The notes beneath the pieces were generated by a model. It saw only the letters and a list, made by a program, of their open reading frames with translations, made no database searches and was not told where the DNA came from. The position numbers were made by a program, and so were the translations under genes. A stretch of DNA of 64,000 nt from an uncultured delta proteobacterium (GTDB taxonomy: Bacteria; Desulfobacterota; Desulfomonilia; UBA1062): assembly GCA_963752595.1 (NCBI GenBank), contig CAVVYZ010000009.1, positions 128,001 through 192,000 of the forward strand. Reading direction: 5' to 3'. Below are positions 1-11,502 of this stretch, piece by piece (positions within the stretch are counted from its first letter, which is position 1; the number at the start of each line of letters is the position of its first letter).

Positions 1-221
1 CATATCAATATGCAGGTGAATTGCAAGGGAGAAATGCGGGTACAGGTTCCGTGCCCTTTGTACTGATGGGCTTTTCAATGCAAATAATGCATGAGCTTGT
101 ATTGCGGCTCATATCTTCTGTTTGTTTTCACTGCGCTGGGGCCTGCACAGGGCCAATACCGCACTGGACGAATGTTCCTCTGATATGCTATTGAAGCAAC
201 CAAGAAGACTGGGAGGGAAAG

Positions 222-2708
222 ATGACAACGGAATACGATCCTCAATCAATCGAGTTGAAATGGCAGGAAGCGTGGCAGAAGAAAAGCCTCTTCCATGTCG
301 GCGAAGAGAGTCAAAAACCCAAGTATTATCTGCTGGAGATGTTCCCTTACCCTTCCGGACGCATTCACATGGGCCATGTCCGCAACTATACTATCGGTGA
401 CGTAGTTGCCCGGTACAAGACCATGCAGGGCTTCAATGTCCTGCATCCCATGGGATGGGACGCCTTCGGCATGCCTGCGGAAAATGCCGCCATTGCAAGC
501 AAGGTCCACCCCAAGAAGTGGACGTATGAGAATATGGCCTACATGAGGACCCAGCTCAAACGGATGGGCTTCAGCTATGACTGGGACCGGGAAGTCGCTA
601 CCTGCGATCCCGATTATTACCGGTGGGAGCAGCTTTTCTTCATCCAGATGTTCGAACGCGGGCTCGTCTACAAGGCACGGGCTTTCCTCAACTGGTGCGA
701 CAAATGCCAGACAGTCCTGGCCAACGAGCAGGTGGAAGAGGGCCAGTGCTGGCGCTGCGGCTCGCAGGTCCTGCTCAAGGAGTATGACCAGTGGTTTTTC
801 AAGATCACAGCCTATGCCCAGGAGCTCCTTGATAAGATAGAGGAGCTTAAACAGGGCTGGCCCGAGCGGGTGCTCACCATGCAGCGCAACTGGATCGGAA
901 GGAGCACCGGCACTCTTATCCGCTTTAAGATCGAGGGAACCGAAGAAGACATCGAGGTGTTCACCACCCGGCCCGATACGCTCTACGGCGCTACGTTCAT
1001 GAGCCTTGCGCCCGAGCACCCCCTCGTGAGAACTCTGCCTGCAGGCACCGGCCTGGAAGAAAAGGTCAAGGAATTCGTCGACAAAACCCTCCAGGTCGAT
1101 ACCTATACCCGTACTTCGGATTTCTACGAGAAGGACGGGACCTTTACCGGAAAATACTGCATCAATCCCGTTACAGGCTTGCGGATGCCCATATTCGTTG
1201 CCAATTTCGTCCTGTACGACTACGGCACCGGCGCGGTCATGGCCGTTCCGTCCCATGACCAGCGGGACTTCGAATTCGCCAAGAAGTACGATCTCCCCAT
1301 CATCGTCGTGATCCGGCCCGAGGGCGAAACGCTGAATGCCGACACCATGGAATGCGCCTATGAGGGAGAGGGAGTGCTCGTGAACTCTCAAGAATTCAAC
1401 GGCATGAAAAACAAAGATGCCATGCGCGAGGTCACCAAGCGCCTTGAAGCCATCGGCAGCGGGTCGGCAACCGTGAATTACCGGCTGCGCGACTGGGGCA
1501 TCTCCCGCCAGCGTTACTGGGGAACTCCCATTCCCATGGTACGTTGCGAGAAGTGCGGGACCGTGCCGGTAAAAAAAGAGGATTTACCCGTTTTATTGCC
1601 GGAAAACGTACGGTTCACCGGCACGGGGATGTCTCCCATAGCCCAGGACGAGTCATTCGTGAATACCGACTGCCCGGTCTGCGGGGGAAAGGCACGAAGG
1701 GAAACCGATACCATGGACACCTTCGTAGAGTCCTCGTGGTATTTCATCCGATACTGCAGCCCGAACCATCCGGACAAGGCATTCGACAAGGCCGAGGTGA
1801 GCTATTGGATGCCGGTGGACCAGTATATCGGCGGCATCGAGCATGCGATCCTACACCTGCTCTATTCGCGATTCTTTACCAAAGTGCTCAGAGACCTTGG
1901 TTACGTCGATTTCGGTGAGCCGTTCAAGCGGCTCCTTACCCAGGGCATGGTTATCAAGGACGGGGCCAAGATGTCAAAATCCAAAGGCAATGTCGTGGAC
2001 CCCGAAGATCTCATCAGGAAATACGGAGCAGATGCCACGAGGCTTTTCTGCCTGTTTGCAGCACCCCCGGAAAAGGACATGGACTGGAGCGACAAGGGAA
2101 TCGAGGGCTCATACCGGTTCCTCTCCAGGCTCTGGAGGCTCGTTGTTGAGACAAAGGACCGGATGGAATCAGCAGGCAATGCGTCAGGACAGACTCCTAA
2201 GTCCGTGGAGGCGCTGAAGCGCAAGACCCACCAGACCATCCGCAAGGTAACAGAGGATATCGAGAAGCGCTTCAGGTTCAATACCGCCATTGCTGCCATG
2301 ATGGAGCTCGTAAATGACCTGTACCGGGCACGGGAAGCGGCCGGGACTCCCGAAGAATTTGCCGTGATCAGGGAGGCTGTCCGGAGCCTGCTCGTCATGC
2401 TATCTCCCTTTGTCCCCCATATCGCGGATGAACTCTGGGAAACGACGGGGAACAAAGAGACTCTTTTCAAAACTGCCTGGCCGGTCTATGATCCAGCGTG
2501 GGCCGAGGAGCAGGAAACGACTATAGCGGTTCAGGTGAACGGCAAGCTCCGGGCAACCATTACCGTCCCAAAGGATACGGACCAGTCGGAAGTGGAGGCA
2601 AAGGCCGTGGCTGAACCGAACGTGAACCGCTTCCTTGAGGGGGCGCAGGTGAAAAAGGTAATCTATGTCCCGAACAAGATCGTTAATATTATTGCTGCTC
2701 TTGCTTAG
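222..2708 (+). CDS. leuS: Leucine--tRNA ligase
   Basis: 828 aa; MFPYPSG, HMGH (HIGH) and KMSKS motifs, [26 protein letters not shown] editing-domain motif. Confidence 0.98.
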   Translation: MTTEYDPQSIELKWQEAWQKKSLFHVGEESQKPKYYLLEMFPYPSGRIHMGHVRNYTIGDVVARYKTMQGFNVLHPMGWDAFGMPAENAAIASKVHPKKWTYENMAYMRTQLKRMGFSYDWDREVATCDPDYYRWEQLFFIQMFERGLVYKARAFLNWCDKCQTVLANEQVEEGQCWRCGSQVLLKEYDQWFFKITAYAQELLDKIEELKQGWPERVLTMQRNWIGRSTGTLIRFKIEGTEEDIEVFTTRPDTLYGATFMSLAPEHPLVRTLPAGTGLEEKVKEFVDKTLQVDTYTRTSDFYEKDGTFTGKYCINPVTGLRMPIFVANFVLYDYGTGAVMAVPSHDQRDFEFAKKYDLPIIVVIRPEGETLNADTMECAYEGEGVLVNSQEFNGMKNKDAMREVTKRLEAIGSGSATVNYRLRDWGISRQRYWGTPIPMVRCEKCGTVPVKKEDLPVLLPENVRFTGTGMSPIAQDESFVNTDCPVCGGKARRETDTMDTFVESSWYFIRYCSPNHPDKAFDKAEVSYWMPVDQYIGGIEHAILHLLYSRFFTKVLRDLGYVDFGEPFKRLLTQGMVIKDGAKMSKSKGNVVDPEDLIRKYGADATRLFCLFAAPPEKDMDWSDKGIEGSYRFLSRLWRLVVETKDRMESAGNASGQTPKSVEALKRKTHQTIRKVTEDIEKRFRFNTAIAAMMELVNDLYRAREAAGTPEEFAVIREAVRSLLVMLSPFVPHIADELWETTGNKETLFKTAWPVYDPAWAEEQETTIAVQVNGKLRATITVPKDTDQSEVEAKAVAEPNVNRFLEGAQVKKVIYVPNKIVNIIAALA

Positions 2709-3138
2709 CACCGCCTCCTGCAGCTACTCTTTCATTCTCGACGGGAAGAAGAGCGAACAGAAATTTCTACTGGAGCCCAGTGCCAATGCTACCACTCTGA
2801 TCCAGGGGGGGATGATCCTCGATGCCAACCTGGAAAGGACACTCTCCTCCATGGGTATGATTGCCTCGGGCAGCAGTACCTACACCCTCCACAGCACCCT
2901 TGCATCTTATACAAACCAGGCTATAACCTCCACCTCGCTGTCGACCAAAGATCGGTATCGCCTCATTATTACCGTTACTGCACGCATCAGGAATTCCCAG
3001 GGCAAGGTGGTCTGGAGCATGAGCTTTACGGATACCGGCACCTATGCCGAGGGAGGCCAGGCAGAAAACGCCCTTGACGAGGCAAGCAGGAGAGTCTCCG
3101 AGCAGATAGCGCTGGCGCTGGCGTCTTTGACTTTATGA
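2665..3138 (+). CDS. lptE: LptE-family lipoprotein (LPS assembly)
   Basis: Lipoprotein signal ([10 protein letters not shown]); conserved position between leuS and holA. Confidence 0.7.
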   Translation: MSRTRSLILLLLLLSTASCSYSFILDGKKSEQKFLLEPSANATTLIQGGMILDANLERTLSSMGMIASGSSTYTLHSTLASYTNQAITSTSLSTKDRYRLIITVTARIRNSQGKVVWSMSFTDTGTYAEGGQAENALDEASRRVSEQIALALASLTL

Positions 3139-4088
3139 AATCCCCGCAGATAAGCAATCCCCTGAAAGATTCATACCTCCTGATCGGGGAAGAGACCTTC
3201 CTCATAGAAGAGCAGCTGTCGGCAGTACGTGCGCTTCTGGGAGAAGGATCATCTATGAACACGGCCTCCTATCACGCCCAGGAGATCCGTCGCATCGAAG
3301 AGATCATAAGTTTGTGCAATACGCTCCCCTTCTTATCCGACCGGAGACTCATCATCATCAGGAACATCCACAAGCTCCTATCAAAGGACCTGGATGGGGT
3401 ATTAGCCTACCTTCGGAATCCGTGCGGGAGCACCACCCTCATCCTCACCATCGAGGGGGTACGGGAAGAGAAGAAGGTCATGAAAAAGCTCGCCCCGGGC
3501 TTGGAGATCCTTCACTTCGACTCTTTCAAGGGGAAGGACCTTATCGACTGGATTCTCTCCAGGGCGCGGGTATGCCGGAAAACTATGGACAAAGATGCTG
3601 CCTATTTGCTTGCCGAAGCCACGGGAGGAAACATCTGGTTCATCTCCTCAGAGATCGAAAAGATCAGCCTCTTCATCGGAAATCGGCCATCCATAACGAT
3701 TCATGATGTCGAGCATCTTGTCATGCGTTCCGGCGAACCGCCGGTATTCGCTTTCCTGGATTCGCTCTTCGATAAGAAGAAAGACGTCGCATATAAGCTC
3801 TGCGAACTTGAGGGTGCGGGCATTGCCGAGCTGGAGGTCGTATCCCGCATCGAGAAGCAGGCCGTACTCCACTATCAGATACTCTGCACCGGCCGGTCAA
3901 AGGGTACGGATGTCCATCCGTATGTCGAAAAGAAGATCGTTTCCCGCAAGTCTCTCTGGAGTGCGAGGCAGCTCTTATCCTTGCTCGGTCAGATGCGCCG
4001 GGTGGAGCAGGCCATTAAATCCGGAAGATCGCTCCATCCATATGCAGCGGTTCATGAAGCGATACTTGGGGTCGTTTTCCCGGCCTGA
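3135..4088 (+). CDS. holA: DNA polymerase III subunit delta
   Basis: YLLIGEETFLI, TLPFLSDRRLIIIR, SEIEKI motifs; leuS-lptE-holA-rpsT synteny. Confidence 0.92.
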   Translation: MKSPQISNPLKDSYLLIGEETFLIEEQLSAVRALLGEGSSMNTASYHAQEIRRIEEIISLCNTLPFLSDRRLIIIRNIHKLLSKDLDGVLAYLRNPCGSTTLILTIEGVREEKKVMKKLAPGLEILHFDSFKGKDLIDWILSRARVCRKTMDKDAAYLLAEATGGNIWFISSEIEKISLFIGNRPSITIHDVEHLVMRSGEPPVFAFLDSLFDKKKDVAYKLCELEGAGIAELEVVSRIEKQAVLHYQILCTGRSKGTDVHPYVEKKIVSRKSLWSARQLLSLLGQMRRVEQAIKSGRSLHPYAAVHEAILGVVFPA

Positions 4089-4137
4089 TCCCTTCCTTTG
4101 TTTCTTAAAAAAGGACTTCGACCGGGAGGGCGGGAAA

Positions 4138-4404
4138 TCAGGAGGACTGAGAGCTGACCTTTTTCGTAAGCCTGGAAATCTTCCTGGATGCGGTTCTCCT
4201 GTGCAGGATACCCTTATTTACCGCACTGTCCAGACGGGAAACGGCATCGGTATAATTTTTCTTGGTTCCATCTGCGTCTTTTTCTTCGATGGATGAGAAT
4301 ATCTTCTTCACCATGGTGCTGATGGTGGATTTATAGCTCTTGTTTCTGAGCCTTCTCTTTTTGCTCTGTTTCTCCCTTTTGAGGGCTGAAGCATGATTCG
4401 CCAC
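4138..4404 (-). CDS. rpsT: 30S ribosomal protein S20
   Basis: MANHASALKR...KGILHRRTASRKISRL; GGAGG RBS upstream. Confidence 0.97.
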   Translation of the reverse strand: MANHASALKREKQSKKRRLRNKSYKSTISTMVKKIFSSIEEKDADGTKKNYTDAVSRLDSAVNKGILHRRTASRKISRLTKKVSSQSS

Positions 4405-4556
4405 TTACAATTCCTCCTTCGTTCTTATAAAAATCCGAGGTGATTCTTAATAGCTATGCTTCCCCGATATGTCAAGCTCTTTATCTTCCCGTACACGAAG
4501 TCGATCCATCGGGCCTCTATCATCCTTCCCGGCGGGAAGAATTCGGATATAAGAGC

Positions 4557-5492
4557 TCAAAATGCAAACCGGTCCTGGTGCTCGATGCAGGAAGATGCCT
4601 TTCTCCCCGTTATCCGGTCGTTCGGACCGACATTCCCGATAATCAAAGGCGATTCGCAATCGTGGAGTGCCAGGGTCTTCCTGGCAGTATGGCTGTTGAA
4701 ATTTGCATAACAATAAAGGCAGCCGTGGGGGCACGTGTTGTATGCACCGATATCGATGCTTGCATTACAGCAGCACTCAGTTCTCTGCGTCCTGTCTTTT
4801 TTTACACTGAGCCGGTAGCCGGTAATCCGTGAGATCAACTCTTCATCAATACATCTGCCGTGAGGTATCCCGTACTCGTCCAGATCGATTTCCTCCGCGC
4901 AGCTCACCACTTCCAGGGAATACTCCCCTGCCAGGCTTGAGATCATCCTTGCCGCCTCTTTCATGCGTCGCGAAGAGAGCTCGATGAGGTTTATGTCGGA
5001 CAAATTCCCTGCGTTGTTCTTATAAATATCAAGGAAGCTGAGCACACACCGCTCGGCATACGGGGACAGCTCTTTCGCCATACGGGAAAACGACTCTTCG
5101 TGGAACTTCATGTCATATCTGTCCGTCAGGATAATGGGATCGTACCGCCAGATTACCCTTTCCTTTCCGATAGAGAGGGAAAGCCTTTTGAAAATATCCA
5201 CGATAATGTCCTTGGGCAGGACATTCGTCTCCAGGTCCTGATCGTAGGGGGTTACCGTGAACTGGAAATAATAATGGTACCGCGACAGGAGATCCAGCCT
5301 GTCGAGCATCCTCATGGGATTCTTGGTTACGAAAACGATGCAGTCGACAACCGAAGGGTTTAAATCCACGTGGCTGATCTGATTAGGGTTGTATGGATTG
5401 CGAACGTATACATACCCTTGGGCAATCCTTTTAAAGAACCAATCCGAAAAAAAGGCCGGTATATCCGTACGCCTGCTTGCTGAAACGATCAT
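4557..5492 (-). CDS. DUF1848 family protein
   Basis: N-terminal SASRRTDIPAF, WRYDPI, C-terminal DIGAYNTCPHGCLYCYA. Confidence 0.9.
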   Translation of the reverse strand: MIVSASRRTDIPAFFSDWFFKRIAQGYVYVRNPYNPNQISHVDLNPSVVDCIVFVTKNPMRMLDRLDLLSRYHYYFQFTVTPYDQDLETNVLPKDIIVDIFKRLSLSIGKERVIWRYDPIILTDRYDMKFHEESFSRMAKELSPYAERCVLSFLDIYKNNAGNLSDINLIELSSRRMKEAARMISSLAGEYSLEVVSCAEEIDLDEYGIPHGRCIDEELISRITGYRLSVKKDRTQRTECCCNASIDIGAYNTCPHGCLYCYANFNSHTARKTLALHDCESPLIIGNVGPNDRITGRKASSCIEHQDRFAF

Positions 5493-5692
5493 GTGTCAGA
5501 TTTCCTTGATGCTTAAAACGTTAAAAGATTTAATAGACTTTACCTTTGATATCCGCTACCGACTGTTTCCTGCCCGGACTGCCAAGACCATCAGGGAACA
5601 CATACCTTGCTTTCGTGCTCCATGACAACCCTTTTTTGTGCTGCATGAAGGCTTTAGAAAACCTCTCGCTGTCTGCCCACGAAAAAAAATGA

Positions 5693-6658
5693 TTACCCGT
5701 CCCTGTGGCACGCCACAAAGTGCCCCTGCTCTTTTTCTTCGAACCTCGGGCTCTCCCTGCCGCAGAGCTCGAACGCCTGGGGGCATGAAGATTGATAGGA
5801 ACATGCCGATGAAAAGCCGGAGGGCTGGGTGCCGCCTTTCTTCACGTACTTGAATCCCTTGCCTCTGTTCGGGACAGGCTCCGGCACCGCCTCCATCAGG
5901 CACTTCGTATAGGGATGGAGCGGCCCGGCAAAAAGGGAATCGGCCGAAGCGAGCTCAACGATCCTGCCTTTGTACATGACTGCGATGCGGTGCGACAGGT
6001 AACCCACGACGGAGAGATTGTGGGAGATGAACAGGTAAGAGAGATTCATGCTTTTCTGGAGCTCCACCAGGAGGTTGATCACCTGGGCCTGGATGGAGAC
6101 ATCCAGTGCAGAGACAGGCTCGTCGCAGATCAGAAGCCTGGGGCGCACGGCCAATGACCGCGCTATGCATATCCTCTGGCGCTGCCCGCCGGAGAACTCA
6201 TGGGGATACCTGTCCAGCATATCCTCGTGGAGGCCCACCATCTTGAGGAGCTCCAGTGTTTTCTCATGACGCTCACCCTTCGTGCCCTCTTTATGGATGA
6301 TCATGGGCTCTTCGATGATTGATCTGACCCTTTTCCTCGGGTTGAGCGAGCCGAACGGGTCCTGGAAAACCACCTGAATCCCTTTGCGGATCTTTGCGAG
6401 TTCATCACCACGGGCATTTCTGATGTCCGTCTGGTCGAAAAGAACACTGCCGGCGTCTGCCTCTTCAAGGGCAAGGATGATCTTCGACAGCGTCGTCTTC
6501 CCGCATCCCGACTCACCCACGAGGCCCAGCGTCTCGTTGGGATAGATATCCAGGTCGACCCCGTCCACTGCGGTGATGTGGCCGGCTGCTTTACGGAAAA
6601 TACCGGTTGTCAGGGGGAAGGTTTTTTTCAGTCCGCGGATTTGAAGCAGAGGGTTCAT
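5693..6658 (-). CDS. Oligopeptide/dipeptide ABC transporter ATP-binding subunit (OppF/DppF-like)
   Basis: GESGCGKT, FSGGQRQR, CDEPVSALD, HPYT and C-terminal Cys domain; ATG overlaps the upstream stop (ATGA). Confidence 0.93.
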   Translation of the reverse strand: MNPLLQIRGLKKTFPLTTGIFRKAAGHITAVDGVDLDIYPNETLGLVGESGCGKTTLSKIILALEEADAGSVLFDQTDIRNARGDELAKIRKGIQVVFQDPFGSLNPRKRVRSIIEEPMIIHKEGTKGERHEKTLELLKMVGLHEDMLDRYPHEFSGGQRQRICIARSLAVRPRLLICDEPVSALDVSIQAQVINLLVELQKSMNLSYLFISHNLSVVGYLSHRIAVMYKGRIVELASADSLFAGPLHPYTKCLMEAVPEPVPNRGKGFKYVKKGGTQPSGFSSACSYQSSCPQAFELCGRESPRFEEKEQGHFVACHRDG

Positions 6659-7698
6659 CGGCTTGCGTACCTCCAGCATCTCACCGAATGTCCTTCTGTA
6701 GGGACGAATACCGGCGGATATTCCTTGCGGCAGATATCCATGACTTCTTCGCAGCGGTTATTGAAGGTGCACCCCTGGGGCACGTCCTTTACCTTGGGGA
6801 CATTGCCGGGGATCGTATGGAGGCTCTCGCCCCGCTTACGTGCCCCGACCGTGGGGATGGACCTCATCAGACCCTTGGTATAGGGATGAAGCGGTGTTGC
6901 AAAGATACTCTCGACTCCTGCATACTCCACAACGTGGCCGGTATACATGACTGCAACCTCATCGCACGAATTCGCGACAACGCCTAAATCATGGGTCACG
7001 AGGATGATGGATGTGCCCGTCTCGTCCTTGAGATCTGTCATCAGAGAGAGGATCTGGGCCTGGGTGGTCACGTCAAGGGCTGTCGTGGGCTCGTCTGCAA
7101 TCATCAGGGAGGGCTTGCACGCAAGGGCCATGGCGATCATGATCCGCTGGCACATGCCGCCGCTCAGCTGGTGGGGATAATCATTGACGCGTTTAGCGGG
7201 AGAGTCGATACCCACCATATCCAGCATGTGGACGGTAACGTCCCGAGCCTGCTTCCGGGTCGCTGCCAGGTGGGGCTGATGGAGAGCTATGACTTCCTCG
7301 ATCTGCGATCCTATGGTAAATACGGGATTCAGGGATGTCATGGGCTCCTGGAATATCATCGAGATTTTATTCCCTCTGATCTCGCGGATTCCCTTATCAT
7401 CCAGGGAGAGCAGATCAATCCCCTGAAAAAAGATCTTTCCCCTTACAATCCTGCCCGGAGGCTGCGGGATAAGCCTGAGAATCGTGAGGGCCAGCACTGT
7501 TTTTCCGCATCCGGACTCACCGACGATACCCAGGGTGTGACCCTCTTCCAGGTGCAGGTCAACCCCGCTCAGGGCTCTCACAACGCCCTCCGGGGTATGG
7601 AAATGGGTATGGAGATCCTGTATATCGAGAAGAAATCCCTTTTTCTCAATGGCCGGGGTGGATTCTTTTGAAGAATGAAGTTCCTTACTGGCGTTCAT
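6655..7698 (-). CDS. Oligopeptide/dipeptide ABC transporter ATP-binding subunit (OppD/DppD-like)
   Basis: GESGCGKT, IFQEPMTSLNP, LSGGMCQR, ADEPTTALD. Confidence 0.93.
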   Translation of the reverse strand: MNASKELHSSKESTPAIEKKGFLLDIQDLHTHFHTPEGVVRALSGVDLHLEEGHTLGIVGESGCGKTVLALTILRLIPQPPGRIVRGKIFFQGIDLLSLDDKGIREIRGNKISMIFQEPMTSLNPVFTIGSQIEEVIALHQPHLAATRKQARDVTVHMLDMVGIDSPAKRVNDYPHQLSGGMCQRIMIAMALACKPSLMIADEPTTALDVTTQAQILSLMTDLKDETGTSIILVTHDLGVVANSCDEVAVMYTGHVVEYAGVESIFATPLHPYTKGLMRSIPTVGARKRGESLHTIPGNVPKVKDVPQGCTFNNRCEEVMDICRKEYPPVFVPTEGHSVRCWRYASR

Positions 7699-7723
7699 AT
7701 CGTTCCTGTTTCTTAGCTTCCTC

Positions 7724-9895
7724 TCAGATAAGGCCTTGAAGCCTCTCGGTGAGCAGCGTATATCGCCGTGCTTTTATCACATTCGCTATGGCAATTTCTA
7801 TGGCTCTTTCGCTTCCCACCAAGGCAACCAGTGATTTGCCCCTGGTCATCGCGGTATAGAGCAGATTCCTCTGGAGCATGATGCCATGCTGCGTGTGAAG
7901 TACAAGCACCACAGCAGGGTATTCGTTGCCCTGCGACTTATGGATCGAGCACGCATACGAAATCGCGAGTTCATCCATCGTAGATCTCTCGTATCGTATA
8001 ATCCTCCCCTCAAAGTCAACATCCATGATCTTCTTCTCCGGATCGACGAACATCACCGTGCCCATATCACCGTTAAATATTCCGTTGTCATAGTTATTCC
8101 GGAGCTGCATCACCTTATCACCCTCACAGAACCTCCGGGAGCCGTGCATCAGTACATTGCCGGAGGGATTGAGCAATGCCTGCAGCTCGGTGTTGAGGTT
8201 TTCTACCCCGAGGATCCCTTTGTGCATAGGGGAGAGAACCTGGATTTCCCTGAAAGGATCGAATCCGAAACGCTTCGGTATCCTCTTGGCAACGAGTTCC
8301 TTTGTAACATCGAGGATGCCGTGCGGATTATCCCTCCGGATGAAGAAGTAATCTTCTTTTGTGTCTTCGCTCTTCTCGAACGGCTTCAGTCCCTGGTTGA
8401 TTCTGTGGGCATTGATGACGATCAGGCTTTTCAGGGCCTGCCGGAAAATGGCCTTGAGGCGGATGGTCTTCACGATCCCCGACCTGATAATATCCATGAG
8501 CACATTCCCGGGGCCCACTGAGGGGAGCTGATCCGAGTCACCCACAAGGATCAGCGTGGTTCCGATATCGATTCCCTTGAGCACGCGGGCGAATAAAAGT
8601 GCATCCACCATGGAGGCCTCATCGATGATGAGCACATCTGATACAAGTTTTCGCACGTCCTGCCCGTACCCGGTCTGGTCCGCCGGGTTGAACTCGAACA
8701 GCCGGTGGATGGTCTTTGCCTCCCTTTGCGTGGCTTCGCTCATCCGTTTTGCCGCCCTTCCCGTAGGAGCACAGAGATGAACTTTCAGCCCTCTGCGCTC
8801 ACAGATCTCCGTGATTCCCCTGATCAGGGTGGTCTTCCCGGTACCAGGCCCTCCGGTTATAACCAGAATCTTCTCGGACAATGCGCTTGCCAGTGCATCT
8901 TTCTGCTCCTGTGCGAACTGCATGCGGTAGGTGGCCTCAAACCACTGGACGGCATGGGGGATGTCGGAAATATTCAGGTGAGAAGGTGCACTGAGGAGGG
9001 CTTTCAGATCCTTGACAATCCTTTCCTCGGCATCATAGAGTGCACTAAGGTACACGAAGTTTTTTCCGGCGTGATCGATTACGATCAGCTCACCCTCAAA
9101 CGCGAGCTCCTTCACGGCATCACGGACCTTGGACTCCGGGATCTCGAGGATCTGCATTGCCCTTGAGATAAGGCTTGCTGATGGATAGCAGACGTTTCCG
9201 TTTTCCGATATCTGTCCCAGAACGAAAACGACCCCTGCCTTTGCCCGTTGGGGCGACTCCCGAGGCACACCGAGCTTGAGCGCCATCTTGTCTGCAGTCT
9301 TGAAGCCGATCCCAAAGATATCAAAGCAGAGCCTGTAGGGATTCTCCTGGATAATACGGGCGGCATCCCTGCCATAGAACAGGTAGATCCGGTAGGCATA
9401 GGCGGCCGGTATACCTTCAGTCTGAAGGAAGATCATGATATCCGACATCTCATGGTGATCTCTCCAGGCATCGTGAATCTTCCTCGCCCTTGATTTGCCG
9501 ATGCCCTTGACTTCCGTAAGCCTTTTGGGGTGGTTTTCGATTATATCGATGATGCCGATGCCGAATATGTCGATAAGCTTCCTGGCGGTTTCTTTGCCTA
9601 TGCCCTGAATGAATCCGGAGGCAAGGTATTCCCTGATGCCGCTCAATGTCCCCGGCTTGAGGGGGACAAAAGAATCTATCTGAAACTGCTGTCCGTACGG
9701 TTCCCGGTTTATCCACTTCCCTATGATGAGCACCCGTTCCCCCGGATGAATCCCGAAAAACGTTCCGGTTGCGGTGATGAGGTTGTGCAAGGGCAGGGCG
9801 GTGATTCTGGCAACGCTCCAGCCGCTCGACTCGTCGCGGTAGAGTATCTTCTCGAGTACCCCCTCTATTTCGTGCCTTTGCACAGCTGTATTCAC
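7724..9895 (-). CDS. recD2: ATP-dependent RecD2-like helicase
   Basis: N-terminal OB and HhH (GIG repeats), GGPGTGKTT, IIDEASM, GDSDQLPSVG, YACSIHKSQG. Confidence 0.95.
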   Translation of the reverse strand: MNTAVQRHEIEGVLEKILYRDESSGWSVARITALPLHNLITATGTFFGIHPGERVLIIGKWINREPYGQQFQIDSFVPLKPGTLSGIREYLASGFIQGIGKETARKLIDIFGIGIIDIIENHPKRLTEVKGIGKSRARKIHDAWRDHHEMSDIMIFLQTEGIPAAYAYRIYLFYGRDAARIIQENPYRLCFDIFGIGFKTADKMALKLGVPRESPQRAKAGVVFVLGQISENGNVCYPSASLISRAMQILEIPESKVRDAVKELAFEGELIVIDHAGKNFVYLSALYDAEERIVKDLKALLSAPSHLNISDIPHAVQWFEATYRMQFAQEQKDALASALSEKILVITGGPGTGKTTLIRGITEICERRGLKVHLCAPTGRAAKRMSEATQREAKTIHRLFEFNPADQTGYGQDVRKLVSDVLIIDEASMVDALLFARVLKGIDIGTTLILVGDSDQLPSVGPGNVLMDIIRSGIVKTIRLKAIFRQALKSLIVINAHRINQGLKPFEKSEDTKEDYFFIRRDNPHGILDVTKELVAKRIPKRFGFDPFREIQVLSPMHKGILGVENLNTELQALLNPSGNVLMHGSRRFCEGDKVMQLRNNYDNGIFNGDMGTVMFVDPEKKIMDVDFEGRIIRYERSTMDELAISYACSIHKSQGNEYPAVVLVLHTQHGIMLQRNLLYTAMTRGKSLVALVGSERAIEIAIANVIKARRYTLLTERLQGLI

Positions 9896-9915
9896 CGGAA
9901 AATCCCTTTATGCAA

Positions 9916-10281
9916 TCAATACATCACCTTTCTCTCGCCGGATTTGAGGAGAAAGTGAACCTGGCCGACGCCCTCTTTCAAGCGGATGGTATCAAAAACC
10001 TCGCGGTGAAGGCGGTCCTCAAGGGGTATCACTCGGGAGATGGTACGGTTATCTTCTGATATTCCAGAATGAAGCTCTATGATGCGGCCTGCAACAATAG
10101 CATATCCACATCCCCCTGCCCCGCAGCAGGAAGATTCAGTAGATGCAAAACCTACGAAAGAAAGGACAGGGCCTTCCTGGTGGGGGATGATCACTTCCCT
10201 GGTTATTACGTAATAGCCGGCTATTGTAGTGATCTCTTCATTCAGAAGGGGATGAATGAAATCTATCATGCTCTCATCCAT
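9916..10281 (-). CDS. Hypothetical protein with SSCCGxGGC motif
   Basis: ATG at 10281 preceded by GGGAGG; 121 aa; Cys cluster SSCCGAGGC. Confidence 0.7.
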   Translation of the reverse strand: MDESMIDFIHPLLNEEITTIAGYYVITREVIIPHQEGPVLSFVGFASTESSCCGAGGCGYAIVAGRIIELHSGISEDNRTISRVIPLEDRLHREVFDTIRLKEGVGQVHFLLKSGERKVMY

Positions 10282-10478
10282 GCATTTCCTCCCTCTTTTA
10301 CATGCTGGATTATTGTCTACATTGTCAAGGCATGAGATATGCATTATCAATCGCTCATGTACATTTTTATTGGATAATACGGTTAAAGTTTGTAAACCGG
10401 AGCACCGATGAGCCAAGTATTGAAAAGCTGTTGAGGAGCAGAAAGGGGATATATCCAAAGAATGGAAGGTATCATGAT

Positions 10479-11501
10479 ATGAGCCTGTTCGATAGTCTCT
10501 TCGGCAAAAATAAAGGTGCAAAGGAGTTACGTGCCTGTGAATCTGCCTTGGAGAAACGGCCTGACGATGCAGTATTGTTAAAAAAACTCGGAGATCTCTA
10601 TCTTAAAGCTGATAAAAATGAAGAGGCCTCGGACATCTATGTCCGGCTGGGGGATATATACAATAATAAGGGGTTTTACCCCAAGGCCGTTGCGCTCTAC
10701 AAACAGGCCATCAAAATAAATCTCCTCTGGGGAAAGCCCTATGAAAAGCTCGCAGAGCTCTATCAGTTACAGGGCTTCAGCCGGGAAGCCGCTACTCAGT
10801 ATGTAAAACTCTCGGAAATATTAGAGAAAAACGGCGAGAATGAAGCGGCTACCATGTATATGCAAAAGGCAGCCGAACTCGATCCCGCCCATATGACCGT
10901 AAATAAAAAGGTGCAGACCTTCAATGTCAGGGAAAAGGGCATGATGGACCCTCTTCCCAAGACTTCCGAACAGCCCGGGATTCAAGAGACGGATTTCTAT
11001 GATCTCAACAATGAGCTGGATCGGGAGATAGAAGAGCTCCATATCGACGCTTCTTCGGAGAATCTCATAGATGAAACCGGTGTGGAGAGTGTTTTCAAGG
11101 CCATAGAAGAAAGTGTATCCGAGGAAGGGAAGGAAGACCCCCTGTTCCTTTACAACATGGGCCTCGCCTACCGGGAAACCGGACTTCTTGATGAAGCAAT
11201 TGAATCTTTCAATAAAGTGATTTCCACGGGGGAAAAGCTCTTTGATGCCTATACCATGCTTGGAATAACTTACCGCGAGCGGGGGATGTTCATGGAGTCC
11301 CTGAAGGCTCTCAAGGGTGGATCTTGTCTGGAAGATACATCGAAGGACATGAAGGTGGGCATTTATTATGAGATCGCCCAGACGTACAAGGCGATGGGAG
11401 AAAATGCCAATGCCCTGTCCATTTTCAAGGAAATCCATAAAGAGCATAAGGATTTCAAAGACGTTGAAGTCGAGATCGTAAGACTGGCGGGTGGAGGATA
11501 A
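10479..11501 (+). CDS. Tetratricopeptide repeat protein (N- and C-terminal TPR blocks, acidic linker)
   Basis: Repeated LGDLY/LGDIY/LAELY helices; C-terminal YNMGLAYRETGLLDEAIESF TPR block; stop abuts the mglA start. Confidence 0.88.
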   Translation: MSLFDSLFGKNKGAKELRACESALEKRPDDAVLLKKLGDLYLKADKNEEASDIYVRLGDIYNNKGFYPKAVALYKQAIKINLLWGKPYEKLAELYQLQGFSREAATQYVKLSEILEKNGENEAATMYMQKAAELDPAHMTVNKKVQTFNVREKGMMDPLPKTSEQPGIQETDFYDLNNELDREIEELHIDASSENLIDETGVESVFKAIEESVSEEGKEDPLFLYNMGLAYRETGLLDEAIESFNKVISTGEKLFDAYTMLGITYRERGMFMESLKALKGGSCLEDTSKDMKVGIYYEIAQTYKAMGENANALSIFKEIHKEHKDFKDVEVEIVRLAGGG

Positions 11502-11502
11502 T

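Noticed and set aside
1-221. Possible T-box or leader RNA upstream of leuS
   Set aside because: No T-box consensus or terminator/antiterminator is visible
246-1391. 381-aa antisense ORF inside leuS, and similar long shadow ORFs (12740-13708, 38708-39577, 47281-48162, 61506-62351)
   Set aside because: They lie opposite well-supported genes and show no motifs; expected from codon bias
10302-10478. Long N-terminal extensions in the ORF track (also 9916-10521, 44048-45142, 55853-56578)
   Set aside because: Downstream ATGs with RBS fit better and avoid overlaps with divergent genes
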